DNA of 64,000 nt. Origin: Octopus vulgaris. Its lineage: Eukaryota. Location: contig OX597814.1 in assembly GCA_951406725.2 (NCBI GenBank), positions 188,108,001 through 188,172,000 of the forward strand, given 5' to 3'. A program made the position numbers and the translations under genes. Positions 54,975 to 64,000 of the stretch are shown one piece after another. The stretch's first letter is position 1; each line of letters starts with the position of its first letter. Under the pieces are notes generated by a model. The model was given only the letters and a program-made list of their open reading frames with translations, did not search any database and was not told the origin of the DNA.

Positions 54975-55555
54975 GTGATGTAGTCGACATCATCGAACAT
55001 AAAAGGATGAAAGATGAAGTTGAACTCTGCTGGATTTGAACTCAATACGTAAAGAGGCGAAACAAATATCACAATGCATTTTGATTCTAGCAGCCCGTCT
55101 TCATAGTATTAATAATCCTTTTTGCTAATGGCACAAGGCCTGAAATTTAGGAGGAAGGGGCTTAGTTAATTTTATCAACCCAAGTGCACAACTTGTGCTT
55201 ATTTCATTAATCCCGAAAGGATGAAAGGCAAAGTCGACCTCGGCGGAATTTGAACTCAGAATGTAAAGACGGACGAAATGCCGCTAAGCATTTTGTCCGG
55301 CGTGCTAATAATACTGCAAGCTCACCAGTAATGATAATAACAATGGTTTCAAATTTTGCCACAAGAGCAGCAATTTTGGGGGAGTAGATGAGTCGATAAC
55401 ATCGACCCCAGTGTTCAACTGGTACTTATTTTATCGACCCCGAAAGGATCAAAGGCAAGGTCGACCTCGGCGAACTTTGAACTCAGAATGTGAAGACGGA
55501 CGAAATACCGTTAAGCATTTTGCCTGGCGTGCTAACGATTCTGAAAACTCACCAA

Positions 55556-55599
<44 letters not shown>

Positions 55600-55834
55600 A
55601 TAATAATAATAATAATAATAATAATCCTTGCTACCAAAGGCACGAGGAAATCCTGAAATTTTGGGGGAGGAGGCTAATCAATTACATCGACTCCACTGTT
55701 TGACTGGTACTTACTTTATCGGCTCCGAAAGGATGAAAAGCAAAGTCGACCTCGGCGGAATTTGAGCTGATAACGTAAAGAGACGAAATAAATGCCATAA
55801 TGCATTCTGATTCGAACGATCTTAGCAGCTCGTT

Positions 55835-55835
<1 letters not shown>
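54975..55835 (-). mobile_element. Cluster of four diverged SINE family B copies separated by TAA/CTA tracts
   Basis: Repeated gaaaggatgaaaggcaaagtcgacctcggcggaatttgaactcag. Confidence 0.8.
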
Positions 55836-55897
<62 letters not shown>

Positions 55898-55917
55898 GTA
55901 ATAGTAATAATAATAAT

Positions 55918-56298
55918 AGGTGCAGGAGTGGCTGTGTGGTAAGTAGCTTGCTAACCAACTACATGGTTCCGGGTTCAGTCCCACTGCGTGGCATCTTGGG
56001 CAAGTGTCTTCTACTATAGCCCCGGACCGACCAATGCCTTGTGAGTGGATTTGGTAGACGGAAACTGAAAGAAGCCCGTCGTATATATGTATATATATGT
56101 ATATGTATGTGTGTCTGTGTGTGTTCCTCTAGCATTGCTTGACAACCGATACTGGTGTGTTTACGTCCCCGTAACTTAGCGGTTCGGCAAAAGAGACCGA
56201 TATAATAAGTACTAGGCTTACAAAGAATAAGTCCCGGGGTCGATTTGCTCGACTAAAGGCGGTGCTCCAGCATGGCCACAGTCAAATGACTGAAACAA
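55918..56298 (+). mobile_element. Full-length SINE family A inserted in (TAA)n
   Basis: A/B boxes, CORE-like region, tail gtaaaaagagtaaaaaga. Confidence 0.9.
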
Positions 56299-56316
56299 GT
56301 AAAAAGAGTAAAAAGA

Positions 56317-56387
<71 letters not shown>

Positions 56388-56934
56388 TTAATAATAATAA
56401 TAATATTAATAATAATACGAAGAAGAAGAAGAAACGAAAGTAGCAGCTTACATACCATCTCACCAATTCTCCAATTTCGAAGAACTGGTGAAAGAGTAGA
56501 ATGAAGTAATATGGCCAGTCGGTACTTTAGATGAAGGCGTGTGGAAGTAGACATTCGTGATAACATCAGAGGCAGTGTTTGGCTGCCACAAATGGTACAT
56601 AGTCTGCAAGTGCAGCGGATGGAACATTGTGAAGTTCATACGGAAGGAAGGGGATGTTGTCTGAATATAGAAAAATACTTGTATCTCAGCGTCTCTTTCT
56701 CTTTTTCCTTAATTAAGTATGTCTAAATCTGTCCTTCTCTTTTATTCGTGCGTGTCTCTCTGAATCTACGTAGCCGTTGCTTTCACACATTGTGTCTACT
56801 TACAGACACTTAGTGAGAGACAGCGAAATGGTTTCCACGAAGCTACAAACATACGTACAATAAATATTTGTTGTATATTTCCATTCACAAACATACATAC
56901 ACAACGCAGACATACACCCACACACTACATGTAT

Positions 56935-56975
<41 letters not shown>

Positions 56976-57019
56976 GCATACAGAAACACAGTTATATATA
57001 GTTAAAGATACAGCATGAA

Positions 57020-57076
<57 letters not shown>

Positions 57077-57529
57077 ATTGACCCGATATTTAACAGTGCC
57101 CGATTACTGTGCCTTTAAGAAGGAATTGTCAGCGTAACCCAGTTGGCAAGGCACCAGACTTGAAAAGTGGGAGCTATTCACATCATTATTTGCTTTTGAA
57201 AGTTGACTCCATTCATATGTATTCTATCTGTGAGCTGTACACTTTTTTTTTAATATTTGAAACCTGTTCATAGATTGCAAACTTTCACAAGTATTATAAA
57301 TATAGGGGAATGCAACATGAGGTTATGAACTACTGATATGAGCTTATAAATATTTCCAAAATATCTGTTATTTTAGATAAGATTCCCACAGCAGCTGAGG
57401 CAATCAAACCTCTGGTTAACATAGTCTTACTAAAAGTGACTTAGTTTACTCTAAAACAACACAAATTAATATGGCGCAGCTTATTCAATCTGAATTTGAA
57501 ATAATATGCTTTTTTTTCTTCAAAAAATA

Positions 57530-58302
57530 CGCAGGCACGGCTGTGTGGTTAAAGATTTTGCTTCGCAACCACGTGTTTTAGGGTTCTGTCTCACTACGCA
57601 AGACCTCGGGCAAGTATCTTCTACTATAGCTCTGGGCCCACCAATGCCTTATTAATAATATATTTGGTTGACGGAAACTGTGTAGGAACCTGACGTATGT
57701 GTATGTGAATATGCGTATATATGTGTGCGCGTTTTTTTGTTTCGCAACCACCGCTTGACGACCGGTGCTGGTTTGTTTACGTCCCAGTAATTTGGTGGCT
57801 CTTGGAGGCGCGTAGCTTAGTGGTTAAGGTGTCAGCATCATAATCGTAAGATTGTAGTTTCGATTCCTGGACCGGGCGACACGTTGTGTTCTTGAGCAAA
57901 ACACTTCATTTCGCGTTGCTCCAATCCATTCGACTGGCAAAAATGGGTAACGCTGCGATGGACTAGCGTCCCGTCCAGCTGGGGAACACATACGCCATTG
58001 AAACCGGGAAACCGGGCCTTGGAGCCTGGCTAGGCTTTAAAAGGGCGCATTTATTTATTATACTCTAAAACAACACATAAATTAATATAGCGCAGCTTAT
58101 TCAATCTGAATTTGAAATAATATGCTTTTTTATTCAAAACCGGTGCTGGTTTGTTTACGTTCCAGTAACTTGGTGGTTCGGCAAAATGACTGATTGAATA
58201 ATTACTAAATGAAAATAAGTACTGGGGTCGATTTGTTCGACTAACCCTACAAGTCAGTGTTCCAGCATGACTACAGTTAATGACTGAAGCAAGTAAAAGA
58301 GT
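57530..58302 (+). mobile_element. Diverged SINE A with nested SINE C (57803-58048)
   Basis: The host is split with a duplication of accggtgctggtttgtttacgt.ccagtaa.ttggtgg. Confidence 0.8.
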
Positions 58303-59183
58303 AACCTATTTTCAATATCATAATGAGTATATAAATACTATATACATAGAAAAAGCGAAAATAATTCCCACACTTAGCATATATACTTTGCGAGCCAAAA
58401 TTAATGTTGTCCATTCATAAATTATACGAGTATATTCCTCTCTTGTGCAACGCCTATCTTAAATAAACTTAAGCAATGTCAGATACCGTTGCATTGAATA
58501 AAAATCCCGTATGAAGATAACTATACTGTAACAGCTGTTAATTTCCATCGGAGTACAGATAAGGAGAAAAGATCAGGTTTACCAGCTATCTGTTTAATGC
58601 GAAAATAAATGTGGATGTTTGATCTGAAAAGAAATGAGGAAGTCTGATGTATTCCTTTATACGTGTGTAACTCAAATAAAAATATAGCTTAGACGATTAT
58701 ACTACAAAATCCAACATCGTTGTAGCATACTCATCTAAGCTATTTTCTTTTTATTAGCGTTATTTTTATCAATGATACCATGTATTTTGGTTGGTATTGA
58801 ATTTTGAAATATTGCTCTAATTAGTTCTGCTAAAACTATACATATGTTGTAAACTTCCGTTGTAGCCAATGTAAATTGTTATAAATATCTCTAAATATTA
58901 ACGTGCTTTAGATGATAAGGTATCGAATAAAAAATGCTTAGAATCACGTACAGCTGTGACTGCTACGATATACTGCTGTGATCAAATTATCAACATAGAA
59001 TCAACTGTAAACTATTCGTTTACAACTGACAATGATAGAATGCAAAGTAGTGATGACTGGTGCTTATAGCAAAGTTAATATTTCCCACCAGGAATTTTAT
59101 TTCATAACATTAATGTTATATCCAAAAGCAAGACAATATGATGATATTTGTCATACTGTTCCTTATTTTGATTAAGAAATTTT

Positions 59184-59604
59184 GGATCTTTTCGGTTTGA
59201 ACGGCAGTTTTTTCTAGCGGTGTCATATGAAATTGTCACCCATAATTATGACCCTAGAATCTATTGCATTTCAATCTCTTTTAGGGTTAGGGTTAGAGTC
59301 AGGGTTATGGGTGGGGGAAGGGTATCTTTTTTCTTCACAAATGTAAATAAACCTAATCTGTTTCTTAAACGAGGGACATATTCATACGGCACAGAACGCT
59401 TTTTAGCTCAAATACGTCAGTGATTGGTTGAAATTGCAGAAATTGAAGAAAAAAACAACAAATATCTTACAAACTATAGAATTTTCTCAATAAAGCCAAG
59501 AGAAAAAGATGTTCTATAAACACATTCTACCAGTATACGAAGTTTAAATTTTTTTAGTTACCTAGAAATTATGTTAAAAACTGCCGTTCAAACCGAAAAG
59601 ATCC
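59184..59604. mobile_element. MITE (same family as 43362), opposite orientation, 8-bp TSD
   Basis: Same TIRs; TSD gaaatttt; (ttaggg)n inside. Confidence 0.92.
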
Positions 59605-59867
59605 GAAATTTTCTCTGTTCTTGTGTGTTTTATCTACTGAAACAAACCATGAAGTCGAAATGCATTTACTACTATGTTCGAATAAAATGATTTTGCCTGC
59701 TAAATTCTCATCAATTTAGCACCCCAAAGTCAGTTTCCTAAACAGACCGTAGGCGCATAGCAATACAGTTTTCAATAGACAGATCACTTGAAGTAATGGT
59801 CGGCCGCTGGATTCCTTGTGAGAAGCTCTTTCACCCTTTGATAAGTTTTATATTTCTTACTCTGTAT

Positions 59868-60106
59868 CAGTGGTTCTCAGCTGGGGTCCAAATAAGATTT
59901 TGTTGTTTAAAAACTATGTGCAATAAATTGGTTATAATTCTACAATGCACACAATTATTTTAACAACTTTTTCTTTTACAATTTCTAATAATATTTTAAG
60001 ATAAAATTATAATAGCATTTTAAAACATCAATTGGTTATGAGGATCTACTCGAGTAAAATAGGCATCAAAGGGGTCCATAGGCAAAAAATAACTGAGAAA
60101 TCACTG
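59868..60106. mobile_element. hAT/Charlie-like MITE
   Basis: TIRs cagtggttctca / tgagaaatcactg; degenerate 8-bp flanks ctctgtat / ttctaaat. Confidence 0.6.
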
Positions 60107-60830
60107 TTCTAAATTAATACTCAAAACTGTTAAAACCTAAACAAAGAGAAGCTTAGGTGTGTAGTTTCAGAAATATTGGTTTCAAATTTTGGCACAAAGA
60201 CAGCAATATCGGGTGTGTGTGGGGTGGGGTGGGGTGGGATTGGGGGGTAAGTCGATTATATATATATATATGCATATATACATACGTATATGTACATACT
60301 TACATCTATACGCATATATACATGCATATGTGGGCACAGGACGTCATGAAACGTGTACAACAAAATATACGAAGTACGAGTACATGGAATATGAACTACT
60401 TTTTCGAACAACGAAAGACACAAATGGAAAACAAGACAAACAACATAAAGAACGACCCTTCATCAGTTATTGGCTGTTTTTCTACTCTCGTATTTCGAGC
60501 ATTTAACAACAATATACGCTTTCGATAAAACAGTTGCTCCCGCAAAGCAAATTAAATAAAATTTGGGATTTTGCGGAGGCTCAAAATTGGTAACACAAAC
60601 AAGATAGTGAAAACAAACAGGAAGTGCTGCTTAGCCTAAACGAGGTTGTGGTGGCGAACGCGTAAATCAAGCTTGGGCAGGAGACAGACAAGAACACGTT
60701 TTCATTGCGCACACACATGCATATTAAAGCTCTGGACCAGGTAAATGATCTTCCAAGTAAAACCTGGAATATTCACGTGACTGTCTTATCGCTCGTTTTG
60801 TATACCTATCAGCTTGTATGTAAGTATATT

Positions 60831-60869
<39 letters not shown>

Positions 60870-62157
60870 GTTTGTGTGTGTGTTTCAGAGATGTGTGCTC
60901 TTTTGTGAATTGGTAGAGAAAGAAAACGTTCAAGTTGTTCATTTCCTTATGCGACATCACGATAGAAATATAAATAAATAGAAATATATAGAAAAATGAA
61001 AGATATGCTTAATATAGATTACATACTAGCATGTTGATTTTAGTAGTCTATTCTCTGTACACTACTACGTGCAAAGTCCTCGACTGTCGATATATGTAAA
61101 GAATCGAGGCTTCTGCCAGACTCTATTATTCATGAGTTTTAATGTGTTTGATATGGTCGTTGAGATAAGGTGAAATATACTAGGTGAGATGGAGGTTTTG
61201 TCCACAAACGTAAATGTAGAATAGGCAGACAACCTAGGAAGGATAGCCTTTTAAATTATTAAGAAGGCAAAAAATGGGGGGACGAGTTGAAGGGAACAGT
61301 AGTAGAGAATGAGTAAATAATATTTTGAAAAAAATTAATGAGGATGAGATGTGCTAGAAAAAAAGGAGAGGAAAAAGGCAGAAGGAGAGAAAGAGAGGAA
61401 AGATAGACAGATAGAGGGATAGATAGAAAGAGAGAGATGTGGTTGAGGGAGTGAAAAGTAGTTGTGTAATATTGAATAAAGAACGAGTAGAATAGAAGCT
61501 GTTTCGTTTGTAACAAGAGATTGTCCTTTGTTGATTCAAGGAGTGTAGAAAACGATCAATTTATTCTCTGATACAATGCTTCTACGATAATTAGAAGTTT
61601 TCTGTTGTTTTACTTCTTGGTCTTGCAAATGAGCTGATCTCAAGGTCTATCCACTTGTTATTTAGACTTGTAATAAAGAATGAGTGAAGACTTCTTTTAT
61701 TTTTTTAACTGAAAATTACAGTTGTATTTAAAATAGCAGCGAAACTACTATTGCTATCCTTGCATTACACGTTTTTTTCTTATTTTTCATTATTTATATG
61801 TATATAATCCACCTTTTCTTTTTAGTATCGACTCCAGCCTATAACTTTGCATAAATGTTTGTTCAGAAGCTGGCTGATATCGGACGACGTCTCATAATTC
61901 ACAAATATCTGAACGGTAGGATTATTAAACTATGAAATAAGAACCAAGTCTCCTTATTTCTCCGATCAATTATATAATTTTCTGAAGTAACAACTAGCAA
62001 TTAATGTGGACTCATGACGACGATAAAATAAAATAAAAAATCAACTGCGCAATTGTAGGTATGATCTATTTGTAGATATGCTTGGTTCTGAAATGAAATC
62101 AGAGTATATACAATACATAAAACACAGTTGTATTTTATCCTGTCTGGTAATCGTTTA

Positions 62158-62578
62158 GGATCTTTTCGGTTTGAACGGCAGTTTTTTCTAACGGTGTCAT
62201 ATGAAATTGTCACCCATAATTATGACCCCAGTATCGATCTATTGCACTTCAATCTGTTTTAGGGTTAGGGTTAGTTAGGGCTGGGAGGAAGGGTATCTTT
62301 TTTTTCTTCACAAATGTAAATAAACCCAATCTGTTTCTTAAACGAGGGACATATTCATACGGCACAGAATGTTTTCACCTCAATAGACGTCACTGATTGG
62401 TTGAAATTGCAGAAATTGAAGAAAAAAAACAACAAATATCCTACAAACTATAGAATTTTCTCAATAAAGCCAAGAGAAAAAGATGTTTTATAAACACATT
62501 CTACCAGTATACGAAGTTAAACATTTTTTAGTTACCTAGAAATTATGTTAAAATCTGCCGTTCAAACCGAAAAGATCC
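62158..62578. mobile_element. MITE (same family as 43362), no TSD
   Basis: Same TIRs and interior; flanks atcgttta / gctatttt do not match. Confidence 0.9.
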
Positions 62579-62840
62579 GCTATTTTTTCGTAGTGTATTC
62601 TTTAAACTCCTCTACGAATATATGACTTGCTTCACTCTCGTCCCGCTCTCTGCCATCGAAATGTAGCTGAAGTTTTAAGACATTTCAACCAACACAAAAA
62701 TTTACAAACACAATGACAATAATATCTTTCTCAATTGTAATTATTTTGTTAGTTTGCATTTTCTAATTTTTCTAATAATTATAGTTATATTATTTAATTA
62801 TATATTTTACAACAATTCAGTTATAAAAAAAATCATTTTT

Positions 62841-62889
<49 letters not shown>

Positions 62890-63542
62890 AGCGGATTGGA
62901 ACGACGTGAAATGAAGTGTTTTGCTCAAGAACACACCGTAACGCTGGTCTTGGAATCGAAACCAGAATCTTGATATCGTGAGGGCAACAGCCTAGCCACT
63001 AGGCTATATATATATATAATGTGTGTGTGTGTGTGTATGTGAAATATTTCAATGAATGCTGTTCTTGTACATAGGAAGAAATATCGAGAACCGTGGGAGG
63101 TATACAAGCGGTAGGTGGTTCATTCAGCATTGAACCTTGAAGAAATAATGAACTGTGTTTTTACAAAACTAATTTTTCTTTCGAGTGTAGAATATTTTGT
63201 TATGGAGTTGGGAGGAATAAAGTTATGAGAAGATTCTATTGTATGCATTTAATAAGATGTTTGGTGTAGTGGTGTTTAGCGGTTTCAGCGTTCCGATAAT
63301 TGATCATTATGCGCTTTTTATAACGTGAAGTATTGCCCAGTGATAATGAGTATTATATACTCCGAAGAAAATTTACCTTCGCTGCAGCTGATCCCCGGAA
63401 ACAGTTTGTATAAATGTTTGACTTTGAGAGAAGTGTAAGAAGTCTTTATCAGTGGTTTCAAATTTTGGCACTAGGCCCTTTAATATTAATAATTTAATAT
63501 TAATAATAATATTATTAAGAGTATATTATTATTAATATCAAT

Positions 63543-63579
<37 letters not shown>

Positions 63580-64000
63580 TTTTCTACAATAGGCACAAGG
63601 CCTGAAATTTGTGGGGAGGAGACTGGTCGATTACGTCGACGTCAGTGCGTAACTGGTACTTATTTCATCGACCCCGAAAGGATGAAAGGCAAAGTCAACC
63701 GCGGCGGAATTTAAACTCGGAACGTAAAGGCGGACGAAATACCTATTTCTATTTCTTTACTACCCACAAGAGGCTAAACACAGAGAGGACAAACAAGGAC
63801 AGATAAACGGATTAAGTCGATTATATAGACCCCAGTGCGTAACTGGTACTTATTTAATCGACCCCGAAAGGATGAAAGGCAAAGTCGACCTCGGAGGAAT
63901 TTGAACTCAGAACGTAACGGCAGACGAAATACCTATTTCTTTACTACCCATAGGGGGCTAAACACAGAGAGGACAAACAAGGACAGACAACCGGATTAAG
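63580..64000 (-). mobile_element. SINE family B tandem multimer (at least 3 bodies, runs off the window)
   Basis: Repeated gacgaaatac|ctatttctttactaccca junctions. Confidence 0.85.

Noticed and set aside
60455-60530. ctgatgaag and cgaaa motifs on the minus strand (family also at 47665-47745 and 52310-52365) as a hammerhead
   Set aside because: The order and pairing do not give a valid core, and there is no UH after helix III.
63478-63560. AT-only palindromic stretch
   Set aside because: Low complexity (TAA/TTA slippage); pairing is expected by chance.

Overview
This is AT-rich, microsatellite-dense eukaryotic non-coding DNA whose repeat content points to a cephalopod, probably Octopus (inference). 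I could not support any host protein-coding exon, and nearly all ORF-track entries are translations of simple repeats. The window is a mosaic of three tRNA-derived SINE families, LINE remnants (R4/Dong-type, CR1-type, RTE-type), a Penelope-like GIY-YIG endonuclease fragment, non-autonomous Helitrons and several MITEs. The main finding is a set of self-cleaving hammerhead ribozyme (HHR) motifs. A near-identical 534-bp tandem array (about 3.6 units, 28050-29956) has an inverted ~436-bp copy, giving five type I HHRs with a palindromic helix III. This is a retrozyme / Penelope-pLTR-like system predicted to yield 534-nt, possibly circular, RNAs. Two unrelated full HHRs with the same architecture lie at 10248-10361 and 49148-49256, and several minimal or decayed HHRs occur elsewhere. 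All folds were read by eye and none were computed.
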